Below are positions 26,345 through 38,600 of a stretch of 64,000 bases of DNA, in pieces. The stretch is from positions 6,262,001 through 6,326,000 of the forward strand of contig CM035355.1 of the NCBI GenBank assembly GCA_020137815.1, read 5' to 3'. The notes under the pieces are model-generated. The model was given only the letters and a program-made list of their open reading frames with translations. It did not search any database and had not been told where the DNA came from. The DNA is from Hormiphora californensis (lineage: Eukaryota; Animalia; Ctenophora). The first letter of the stretch is position 1. Each line of letters begins with the position of its first letter. Both the position numbers and the translations under genes were made by a program.

Positions 26345-26558
26345 ACACGGAGGATTACGGGAGCTCGAAAGGAGAGCCCGAATAGATCACCCGAAAGATT
26401 CCTCTGTGCATTACGTTTCACCACACAGAAGGCACATGCGCATCACACGCACATGTGTAATCTGTGTGGTGAAAGTACGATTTAACGTAATGCACAAATT
26501 ATATATCTTTCGGGCGATCTATTCGGGTATTTCTTTCGGGGCCCCATAATCCCCGTGT
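26345..26558. mobile_element. Degenerate palindromic MITE-like element
   Basis: Imperfect inverted arms (ACACGGAGGATTACGGG...CCCATAATCCCCGTGT; GAATAGATC / GATCTATTC). Confidence 0.6.
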
Positions 26559-26962
26559 CAGCAATGTGTTTGTAGAAAAATGAGTGCCCCCCCCCCCCCC
26601 CCGCTACCATAAGTAACACCTCTCATATTATACATACAATTTCAAGCAAAGGTCAAATATCGCTCCCCACAGAAGACTTAAATATATGAGAAAAAGAATG
26701 AGAGGTTGATTGTTATGAAGATATATGCTTTAGAACCAAGCACGTACAATATAATATACATGGTACATACTATATATATACCCTCAGTACGCAGCCGTTG
26801 TAATTATGGCACATGCATGAGGGGCTGTAAATTTAATTTTAAGTGCCGTACACAATTAATGCGAGGGCCTTGTATTGGCTTTTCTAAAGGGCACAAAATT
26901 AAAACAAAATAGCTGTCACTGGTTGAAAGAGATGAAGTAACGCTATAATTTGGCAGCTAGGA

Positions 26963-27060
26963 CAGTCAAACATCGATTTACCGGGCCTCGATTTACCGGA
27001 ACCTCGATATAACGTGCAAAAACCCTTCCCGCGAAGAGTCCGGTAAATCGAGGTTTGACG
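26963..27060. mobile_element. Small CAGTC...CGATTTA-family MITE
   Basis: Related to copies at 35102-35183 and 57791-58007. Confidence 0.6.
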
Positions 27061-27193
27061 AAGTAGTTAATACCTGTACAGGTACTTGTACAAGTAATTA
27101 GGCGGGCTGGCTATAATATACGGAATGAGACACAGTAGCATCATAGAACAACGAAACTAGACGGAGTGTGTACTAAGTGAAACTAAACTCTCA

Positions 27194-27247
<54 letters not shown>

Positions 27248-27840
27248 TTCTATCTATCTCTCTCTATATTTGAATCTCACTCTCTTTCGCTTTCTCTTAC
27301 TCTCTACCTCACACACTTTTTCGCTCTCCCTCCCCTGTATGACGCTCGAGACTTCCGTTTACGTGTCCTCAGCAAACTATATACCTCCACAGTAGGGGGC
27401 GGGTGAGATATATCAATAAGCCGTAGCTATTGTGTATGGGGTTTACACTTTATATATAGAGCGCTATAAAGCTGGAACAAAAGCCTTTCTCTCTCAGGCC
27501 TCAGCTCGAGTTAGCTCTTATATATCTCTCGCATCCCTCTCTTTCTCTCTCTCGCATCCCTCTCTTTCTATCTCCCTCACTATTGATCTCGTAAGGCGTT
27601 ATACAGGCCCCCATGATAGATTGTAGTGCAACATTCCATTTATCTTCCACAAAAGCAAGGTCTTTAGTTTGAGGTCATAGAATCTTTTAACAATTAAAAT
27701 CATGCTCAAAATAGTTCATTTAAAAAATTATCATATTGACTATTGGTGCATATTATGTAGATAATTGCATAACAAATTTAGCTAGAAGAATTCAAGAATA
27801 ATTGCGACCACTGAAACACACGCATTCTTCCTTGAAGACC

Positions 27841-27952
<112 letters not shown>

Positions 27953-28188
27953 CCTCACCCACTCATGCAACACGGAATTGTGTGTGTCAATCAGATGATT
28001 GCAGGGAGAAAAATCCATACCATGCCAAGCTAATTCTTAAATTTGGGAAAGCTCGTTATTACTCTGAATCTGATCAAGACTGCTTGCAGCTTTAATTTAA
28101 TGATACTTTTATCTCTTCAAGTTGATATTTAAGTATGGCTAGGAGTAGGATAAAATTTGAAGCAAGAAACAGGATAACAAAAAATTTC

Positions 28189-28220
<32 letters not shown>

Positions 28221-28769
28221 AAGAGAGTGAGAGGCAGCGCACGATATATCCTTAACTTGGAGTTGGACGAGTCTAAAAATATCATCTACCTTTTTACACC
28301 TCCTTCCCGTGAGAGAAATTGCATAATGTGTAAGAGAGAGGTCCGAGGTCCGTCTGTATAGTTCATTCCGCAGATATGACAAGTTGAGGAGTGGTGAGCA
28401 GGAGTAGTCAAATGCTAAACTGTACTTGGAGTAGTGAACTAGACTGGATCTGTGAAAATTCGGCTACTTGTACAAATTTATAGGAGAAAGAGAAGTCAGA
28501 GAGGGTCGAGCAAGGCTTGGTATTACCAATGGCAATAGTATGTTCAAGCAAATGTAGAAAAAAAAAGCATGCCAGTATTCATTGATCACATGAAAAACTA
28601 ACGAGAGAGCAATTCATTATAGACTTGTCCTGGCCATACGGTAAAATTGTTATTGCAAATGTATGAAAGCTAGCTTCAGAAGGGACTAAGAGAGTGATTT
28701 CATCTATATATGTGATGTTCTAGCTCAGATGGCTTAATATATGGTCCACAAAATGCTGTTAGTGATATA

Positions 28770-29010
28770 CCTTACTCTCGTTAATTAAGCTCGCATATTT
28801 CAAGAAACTTTTAAATAAGAAACTTTTTTTCTAGGAAACTACAGGTGTAAGCAATCCAAAAACAAAAAGAATTTCTCCTTTATCAAGAAACTAAACAAGT
28901 TAGGGGTGTTCTATTTTGTTGTGGTGTCTCTGAATTGTGTGATTTACATTTTAAAAGTTTCTTATAAAAAAGTTTCTTACTAAAGCGTTTCTTAAAAACC
29001 GAGAGTAAGG
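28770..29010. mobile_element. MITE with TA flanks
   Basis: TIR CCTTACTCTCG / CGAGAGTAAGG, TA on both sides. Confidence 0.7.
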
Positions 29011-30487
29011 TATGTTATGTTGAGGGCGCAACACACATACATGTAAAGTAAAACATTACTGACTCTTTTATACCTGTAGAGTATGTATCTCATCGCATAA
29101 TAATTCTAAGAAATACTGATTTCATCACTTTGGCTCAGTGAAAAACCCGCTGCCTGGCACTGCCAGTTTGTTGAGTGCCAGTAGGAAAGACGTGCAGGCG
29201 ACCTAGATTATAGTACAACTACAAGAGCTCAACCTTATAGAGAAATAATGTGCATGCATCAAAGGTCAGATCAGATAATTGATCAAAAGCAGATTTTCAG
29301 AATTACTGGACTTTTCGTTTTTGTAGAATCTGTCATCGCTATAGAAGTAGAAGTGTAGAATAAATAAGCTTTCCCAGTTTTTTGTTCTTGGCAATGAACA
29401 GGAACAAAAATTTGACGTGCTAAATTTTCGAAAAATGAGTTTGTCAATTAAAGAGAAACAACGATTTTGCAGTACTAATATTCAATTAAGAACAGGAGCT
29501 TTCGACTGATCTATGTCAGACGTCTTCAGCTATGAGTTTGTGCTTGTTTATCAAGGAAGGGGAAGGTAAATTATATTTACAAGAGAATATTTTTGGTCTT
29601 TAGTCGCTAAGATAGCGTCCCTCCTATCCATATGATGGCAGGTGAGCATGAAAAGAATGGCCACTGCCCCAAGTCTGAAAATCTATCATTTTAATAGTAG
29701 TCTGTCTGCCACGAGCTGTAGGAGCTTTATTTGCAGTAAATAATTCGGTGAATTCCGCAGCTGTGTATCTAGTTGATCGGTATGCTAATAGAATGACGGG
29801 AAATCATGGACTTTACGACATACACTTACAAGAGGGGATGGTGTATTCTGGGTAGAGGAATAATTATATTGGAATCATTTCGTTCAGACCATTTAGAGGA
29901 AGGTGGAGAGATAGAGAGAGATAGAGAGAGATAGAAAAAGATAGAAAGAGATAGAGAGATACGGATTAGATAGAAAAATATGTCATTAGCTCACTTAGAT
30001 CATCACTTTAGACCAAAAAAACCACCGTTGTTTTGTAATTGTGCCATCACCTCACTTATGTAATTCTGAAGACTGAATCAGATTCAGAGGAATCAGAGCA
30101 TTGCGTTTGCGAGAACAGCGGTCAGAGCATAATTGGCCTGGCATCGGAATCATGATTCATGAAGTTGGCGAAATGGCACATGCTACAAATCAAGTAATTG
30201 TCTGCATATGACATTCCGAAGAGCAAAGTTCTATACACTATAGACTCATAATATAACAATATTAACAATAATATGTTGCCATGCAGTTGTTAGACTTTAT
30301 AATTCGGCAGAACAGAAGAGTAGTTTTAGTTACATGACAAATGGTAACTATTAATTTAGATAGCTCTCTCTCGTTGAGTTATAGTTCCTAACACATCGTG
30401 CTTCAAGTTGGTGTAATAGGAAAGGAGAGAGATAATAGTTTTATGACTGTCATTGCACAATAAACTTGCAGAAGCATGAGTGCATTG

Positions 30488-30559
30488 GCCACGGTTGCGT
30501 GTCGTCTTACTGTATCTTCGTTTTCCATTACCGTTTTCCCACTACAAGCGACCGTGTAT
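30488..30559 (+). mobile_element. Truncated dispersed repeat with 15-bp target duplication (retroposon-like)
   Basis: AGCATGAGTGCATTG at 30473-30487 and 30560-30574; a longer inverted copy lies at ~41725-41880. Confidence 0.7.
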
Positions 30560-31301
30560 AGCATGAGTGCATTGTAATACAATTTGTATTGGGGGAGCAA
30601 AAAACATCTGAATCAGGTTCCATAGATGAGATTTCATTATTTGATTAGATCTTAGAGGACATTCGATGAGGGTGAGGTATCAAGTACAATAGTAACCACT
30701 TCCACATGTGGAAATGAATGACACGTGTGTTTTAACGACTTCCAAGTTCACTCACCGGAACTGCCGAACGACAATTCCCCTCCACCTGTGTGGTAATCAC
30801 TAAAGTTTTTCCTCTCATTTACACTTCACTCCCTCTCTCTCTTATAGAAAGTCGACATAGAAACAATGGAAGGGAGGGGCCGAGAAGAGATAAATAGAGT
30901 GAATGAGAATAAAAAATATCATTAATGAGATCTGATCAGGTCCTGATCATCAGGGAGGACAATTAGGAAAAAAATCTTGTTCCTATAATAGAGGAAAAAC
31001 TCTACAAAACTCAAAAGCATAAGTTGCATAACTGTATACACAGAATGTCGAACAGAAAAGAGATACACTTGACTGCGACAACAAGGCGACAAATAATGAA
31101 GTGTTGACAGAAGAAACTAACAGAAAAGGCCTATATAATATAACAGTGAGTTTAAAGTTTAGGCTCCTATCAGCAGCCTCTAGTCAGTGTAATTGTATTG
31201 AGTAAGGATGGTGGAACATCCGTCTAAAAAAATAAAACAAGAAAGTTTTTGTATAGATCTGTAGTCAGTAATTGGGTATGATACAATTATTAATATATTA
31301 A

Positions 31302-31752
31302 AGGTTGACAAGATACCTAAAACTTTTCATATATCGTCTTATTTTGATTTATCATTAATTTTCAGCATTTTTTCAGAATTTTTTGTCGGCTAGAAATATG
31401 TGCAAAATAGGGGGTCTACTGATAAACGAGAGGTGCAATTTAAAAAATTGATACCGTAATATCTCCGGTTCCTGATGGGATATAGAAACCGTTTTGGTAG
31501 CGTTGGAAAGGTCTTATTGAGACCAATCCAACGCAACCAAGATCAAGTAGCTATCTTTTGAGGAACCGGAAACGTGAGTTTCAATTTGCGAGACGCAGTG
31601 AGTGTGCCCAGTAAAACCAGTGCTGACAATATCGGTAGACCCGCTATTTCGAATTTTTTTCTAGCCGACAAAAAATTCTGAAAAAATGCTGAAAATTAAT
31701 GATAAATCAAAATAAGACGAAATACGAAAAGTTATAGGTATCTTGTCAACCT
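31302..31752. mobile_element. MITE with TTAA target duplication (Kolobok/piggyBac-type)
   Basis: TTAA|AGGTTGACAAGATACC ... GGTATCTTGTCAACCT|TTAA, ~95-bp arms. Confidence 0.85.
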
Positions 31753-31946
31753 TTAACTGTAATTGAAGGGTAAAATAACATGGCAAAAGAAAAATGTAGT
31801 TTATCTAAATCGTTAGTTTCCCTTAACTCTAAAGAGTAAGTTATATTATATAGGTATCTATAGTAGTTCACAGTTCATACCACTCCACCTTTTATAATTA
31901 AAAATAAAGTCCAGCCTAAGTTTTGAAGTTTTGTTCCTCCATCATA

Positions 31947-32593
31947 CAGGGTGTTCATATGGGATCTTTACAAGCGTTGGGCTTCACCCAGAAAAAAGTT
32001 GACAAAATTAGCTTACGAAACTTCATACTTGGACTATTCTATACCCTCATTCAAGGTTCCTGGTGTTTCCGGAGCTCTACTACCCCTAGAAGTGTGTTTT
32101 TGACATCAAAACCACCAGAAGGAATTTTTTGCTGGTGCTGAGACTTTGCTAGAATGTTATTTGGGTATTTTCTATGTCAATTCCAAAGTTTTATGATGAT
32201 TGGGTGTGTGGTTCAGCCACCAAGTTCCAAATAAACTGCCTGAAAAGGCCTAAAAACAGCTCAAAAACGGCAAAAATTGATATTTTAGCGTCTTTTCAGG
32301 CACTTTTTTTCGAAATTTTGAGTTCATAAAACACGTCTAATCATCAGGAAACTTTGGAATTGACATAGAAAATACCCAAAAAACATTCTAGCAAAGTCTC
32401 AGCACCAGCAAAAAATTCCTTCTCGTGGTTTTGATGCCAAAAAGACACTTCCAGGGGTAGTAGAGCTCCGGAAACACCAGGAACCTTGAATGAGGGTATA
32501 GAATAGTCCAAGTATGAAGTTTCATAAGCTAATTTTGTCAACTTTTTTCTGGGTGATGCCCAACGCTTGTAAAGATCCCATATGAACACCCTG
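31947..32593. mobile_element. Tc1/mariner-type MITE
   Basis: TA|CAGGGTGTTCATATGGGATC ... GATCCCATATGAACACCCTG|TA, ~245-bp arms. Confidence 0.88.
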
Positions 32594-32650
32594 TATCATT
32601 TGTTCATCGGAACAAGAGAGTCTGAGCAAGATAATCATTATCAAATGGGT

Positions 32651-35600
32651 TTAGTCGCTTTTTTCTGTAGTGCCTGTAGAACCATCAAGACACCATCCGT
32701 CGACTTTGAATAGTTTAGCCACAGTTAGCCACTGTCCATTGGTATTTACTGATGCATCGGCGGGGAAAAGCTCTAACTGTCGGACGATCTGGCCCTTAGA
32801 ACGCTGAATAAAGTGAAATAGTTATCAGTTTTAGGGATTAGATAGATACCTATGGTATTAATGGAAGATGGATTCTATTTATTATTATTCTCCAAAATGG
32901 ATTCTGTTCTCCAATTAAATTTCTATCGAAGAGTTGGTAACGAAATTACCCCTCTGTAGGGCATTGCGATAGTAAGGCACGTTTTAGCATGCCCGCAATG
33001 TAGGGGTAATTCCGTTACCAAATCGAAGAGTATGTTATCATGTTTAGGCATTACGCTAACAGGTCCGAATCAGTTTGAATATTAGCACGGAATTCACAAT
33101 TTCAGGTGAATCAATAATCTGTCCAGCTATAAACTTACCAATCCATTATCAAACTCGAGCACCTTCAGTCCGCTGGACAATATCACTTCCGTAGCGGCAG
33201 TAAGATCTCCTCCTTTGACAACGCCAACCCCAAACAAACTTGTCATGTCCGTCTTCTTCACTGCACCTCCTGATTGAGCTTTACCCTGTAACATAGAGAG
33301 GTTTCAAATAATATTAAATTTAATCAATGATGAGGCTTTAAATAATCTTCCGGTTAATACCTAATTATCCGGTTCCCGGTTCCCGGTTCCCAGGTTTCCA
33401 TAATGTTTCGAATCCTAATTCGGTAAATATACAAAATGCAAAAGCAGAATCAGGTTATATTTACCTTGGTGTTCCATTCAAGTTCCCATCTCGTAGTTTT
33501 GTCTACAATAATAGTTGTCTTGGTACAGATATTGCTATTCTTACAAGAGGTCAGTTTCTCATGGTTGAACGCCGACCATATCGCATTCGACGGTTGGTCA
33601 ATTCCAAACATCTCACTAACTGATTTCTGCTCTACAAATGAGAATCCGCTCGAATATTTGTACTTTAGTACATTCCCATCTTCTTGTATAAGGTGAACGA
33701 AGTATCCAGTATCAAATGCTGCTGCTATCTTTGTGTTCGCCTTCTCGAACACCTCTCCCAGCCTCTTGGGGTATCCGTCTGAGACTTTGTTGTTTACTTT
33801 ACTACCAGACTGGAGATAACGCCAAATATATCCATTAGCTATCATGTAGATTGAATCGGATCCTGATCTCCGAGAACTGGAACCCCTGGAAATAATTGAT
33901 ATCAGGAAAATGACTGAGACTTCCATTGTAAAATTATTTTTAATTCACTGTCGCATCGCTGCGAGGGACATTGTAGCTTGTCAAGGAAACAACACGTATG
34001 AGTTGGCCTGACAGGTACGAAAAATGTTTTCCCCTAAACATACTCTCCGTAGAAGTAAAATGCAGCCTCGATTCTGTCATGACAACTCTTAGGGAGGGGC
34101 ATTCGTGGAATATACGGTTCTTCATCAACATTTTCAGGGTCATCGTCCATATTTACGGAGGGAGACGGTGGCTTCTGGTCACCTGTGTAGGAGACATTGT
34201 GATTCACACTATCTCTGAGTGTATCCTATTCGTCGGATAGGGACCAAATTGTAAAATTCACTTTTGTCCTCAGTCATACCTCCTTTTATAGTTATACCTT
34301 ATACCTATAATTACGGAATTCAGAACCTAAATGGTAATCACTTGGAAGTACCTCACTTACTGTACTGTGTGTCCACATTTTGTATATCTTCCTTATCCAG
34401 ATCAGTGACAGTGTACGCTGAATCACTATACCCTGCATTCATGACCGCGTTTTTTATAACCGAGTGTGTGAGGCCCAGAGCATGTCCAATCTCATGCATA
34501 GCCACAAAGAACAGACAAACTGCTCTTCCATCATGACTTTTAGGGTCCAATGAAAACCTGCGAAGAAAACCTATCTTACTCTTTGACAGAATTCTTTGTG
34601 TTAAATAGGGGGGGGTGACACGTAACACTTTGTAACATGTAACGTGCACAAAATATTTTCTGCACATGTTACAAAGTGTTACATGTGTTACAAAGTGTTA
34701 CAAAGTGTTACAAAGTGTTACAAAATGTTGCAAAATGTTGCAAAAAGTTACAAAAAATGCCCATTTTGTAACATTTTGTAACACTTTGTAACATTTTGTA
34801 ACATTTTGTAACACTTTGTAACACTTTGTAACACTTTGTAACACTTTGTAACATGTAACGTGCACAAAAAGTTTTCTGCACATGTTACAAAGTGTTACAA
34901 AGTGTTACGTGTCACCCCCCCCCTAAATAGGTAAGAAGTGGTCAACGGGATATCAACCGGACTGGTTGTTATCTTACTTTTGGTTGTCGTTGAAATGGAC
35001 CTCTCCGTGAACAGGGCTCCACGCATGACCTTTCTCACTTCCAGCACCGTCAAAGGTCAAACCATCGGCGTGCTTTCCTCTAGGAATAATCGGTCAGTGG
35101 GTAGTCGGACCCCGATTTAGTGGCATCCTCGGGGGGAAAAATCCTGCCACTAAATCGGGGGCCACTAAATCGGGGTCCGACTGTAGTAGGGATTAGTTAG
35201 TAAATTTATTATTGGAAAGGGTATTTTGATTTAGTATCACTATGTCGGGAACTTATTTACGAAACGACTTGGTAGTCACTATAATCAAATAGTGGCATTC
35301 TTACTTGATGAACATGAATACGATCTGGGCATCATTTGGACGGCTACGATTTTCCTTAAAAGACAGCTTCTTCGTCTTAGCGTACACTTCAAGGGCCTTC
35401 TTGACCTCGGAGATTGTATCTTCTTTTCCTGTTCGGATTGGGATTTTGTTATTTTGCTTCAGCTGGTCTTACCTGGTACGTTCTTTATTAGTCACCTCAC
35501 TAACATTACATTGAAAATACAAATTAACTAACTGCAGTAATCACTAACCAAGTAGTACTACTGTAGTTCGGTGAAGGAGAAGGTGATTTCTAAGTTATCA

Positions 35601-38600
35601 GGGAACCATTTGTGTTTGGATATCGCTCTTTTCCTCCTCCTCCTCCCTCCCTCCAAATCATCATTTTCCCCTATCCAATCCTCTTCACCTTCTTCCCAAT
35701 CCTCTTCCTCGATTGCCCTCTCAATCTTGGCTGGCTTGTTAAACTGGCAGACTCGCACAGTGAAACAAACTAAAGATGTTATCAGTGAATCTCCGACCAT
35801 TCAGGGTGAACAAAAATACATTGGTCGAGAACTTTGAGGTCGCATCGAATGTCATTGCTCGGTTGTTGTTGATATACACGTCCACGTCGCCCTTTTCCCG
35901 TCCAACAGTGATCCTATACTTGAACTGCTGCGTCACGTACTGACTGTACTTGTACCCCATACATCCTCCAGCACCAAGCCGTGTTCGTGATGCGTCACTG
36001 TACCGCCCATGATGGAAACAGTGCCGCTTTCTCTTCACTTCATTGATAAGAAGTACGTAGTCAGCCTCATGAGTTGCCGGGTCGTGGTTGAAAGCTACAC
36101 CTATGTGGTTGTTGTATTGGTAGTCCCTGATTGTGTAGTCTGCATCCAACTCAATGTAGTAGGTTGTGTCCTGGGTGAACAAGTCAGGTCCTCCTTCCGG
36201 GATACGGACACAAAGTTTCAACTTTCGATGGGAGTCTGATACACAGTTCTCGTCTCGGCCAGAATCACGCAACTTTTGTTTTAGTTGGTGACACGTTTTA
36301 ACGTTGGTCTCGGAGAACACGTTGGTGTCCGGGGTCCCGCACGTCACCACGTTCATGCTTTCCAGCTCCTCGTTCAATAGTTCACCAGTTTCCGGGAACC
36401 TGGAATGTGTATGAGATTTAATTGGGTTATGGAGATGTTGATTAAGTCATGGGGTATTGGGCATAATTTATTTTAGGGAATCTTGTTTTGCTTGGTAAAT
36501 AGTTTGTGTAGAATGGGTCACGTGATTACACTCCTATTCTCGGGCTAAAAGCTTGGAATAACAAGCTATTGTTCTATATAGTTTGGATCAGTACAGACGA
36601 TATATTTATTTATGTTTTCGATCAGAACTTGCGAGTTCTCTCCTCCAGACTAATGACTAGACTCCTCTAGTGTGCTCCAAATTAAATATCGGATACCTAA
36701 ATCTCATTCCGACCCCTCTCTCTCTCTCTCCCCCAGTTAGGGTTAGGAAATAACAAGATCTCATTACACACGACTCGGACTATTATATAGATGTCCACTA
36801 TGATATTGGATTATAAATCTGAAAGTGATCATTTGAGAAAAATGTCTAAATCTAAATAGTAAATGTGTATTCTGGAGAAATGAAGACTGATGTGTTCTTC
36901 TATGAAACACTAACCCGCTGAATTTTTGATAATTTTTAAGGATTAGATCCATGGACTTCTGATCTATCTTCTTTACACTTACACCTGAAGAGAAATAGAA
37001 AATAACAAAAGACGAATCTCATTGAAAGGGAAACATGTACATTTCGTATAAAGCAAACGGAGTTACACGAAAATGTTGACCCATTGATTTTTGATAGTAA
37101 ATGTTGACCTATTCATAAAAGTATTTTTGATAGAAAAACAAACCTTCCTCCTCAGTTTTCTCCCTCTCATTTAGTCCAGTGGCAGTAAACCCATTGTATG
37201 TGAGATATCCAAACACATTCTGACCTGTCATGTTCGACATGTACTCAGTTGATTTCTCTACAAGTTTATTGACTGGCAAGGTGCTGTTCTGCAAATCAGG
37301 TTTCCATACTTGTATTGTAATCTCTTCACCTGTCGTCTCGTTCACCTAGCAATGATGTCTGGATCAATGATCTGATCGGTTGTGTATTAGTATATGGTTT
37401 CGTACCATTGCCACCTGTTCTTTCAGTTAATTTGCGAGTTCGATCTCAGTCGCCGCACGAATTCGACACAGGTGTCTATTTCACCAAGTGTATATGGTAT
37501 TGTTCATGTCATATCTACAAATACTGTGACACACAAAAACACACACAATTTACCCTGGTTCGGTTGCTGAAGGTCACCTTCCCGTTGTTTACCACCGCAT
37601 CTATTTCCTCTGGTACGGGCTCCTCCTTGACACACTCGCCCGTCGCTGCATCATATATCAATCCAACGTCGCACTCTACAGGACACTCCTCATAGACATC
37701 CAGCTGCTCTCCGTTGGGGCATATACATTCCAAGATTGAAATGGCATTGGGTTTACGGGTGGTGGCGCCGCCAGGGCAGTGCAGGCATACCTCACCGACA
37801 GCTAGGAATTGGTCCGTTGGGCAAGGCGGGCAACTCCCATCATCATTCATCTCGACCCCCAGGGGACACACTATGGGGATGAAGTCATTAGCATTAGGGT
37901 TAAGTGAGACTGATAAAACTCGCTGTATTGAGATGTGATAAATGATCATAAAATTGAGATTTATCCCATTCAGCAAAATGTGTTTGAATCAGTGGATAGC
38001 AATAAAATGGAGACATTGCTGTTCTTACCCTTCCACACAAACTTGTCAGACATGTTATCCTCTTCGGTGAAAATCACAGTCATGTCATCTCCGCTGGCAA
38101 GTGGAAGACCACAGTCAAAAAAACTTGAAAATTTAAACGAACCAATCCTTGTTTTTCCAATGGAGACATTCAAATAGCTTGCATCTTTCTCAAATACAAA
38201 GTAGTTGTTTCCTTCTAAGTTATGGTAATAATCCACTTTCATTTCCTCAATGTCAGGCCAATGCTCTGTGGGCTCTCGACACGAGGAAAGAATCAGAGAT
38301 GGCCGTCGAGGATCCATCTGGAATTGTACGTCTGTAATGTAGGGATAGCCGTCGCTCTTAACACCACTTAACTTAAAGTGTATTTGGCTCGTGCTGGTTA
38401 TTGGTTTGGAGGAGAAAATTCTCAGAGGTTTTTTGACGAAATTCCCTTGGTATGCTTTTCCTTTTACGATTGAAACGGGAGGCTTGGGGTCCACAGGTTC
38501 ATCTACCACTTCTGTGGCACTTTCCACAGGTTCATCTACCACTTCTGTGCCACTTACCACAGGTTCATCTACCACTTCTGTGGCACTTCCCACAGGCGAT

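Noticed and set aside
36985-37143. Stop at end of ORF 37109-37345 (GAA TAG)
   Set aside because: Lies in an intron starting G|GTTTGT at 37143 that joins in phase to the exon at 36984.
37871-38028. Apparent double +1 shift (TGC TGA A, ACT TAA C) linking ORFs 37970-38593 and 37515-37976
   Set aside because: A normal phase-1 intron (G|GTAAGA at 38028, CTAAT branch site, CCATAG| at 37871) explains it. This shows that chance +1 read-throughs can look protein-like.
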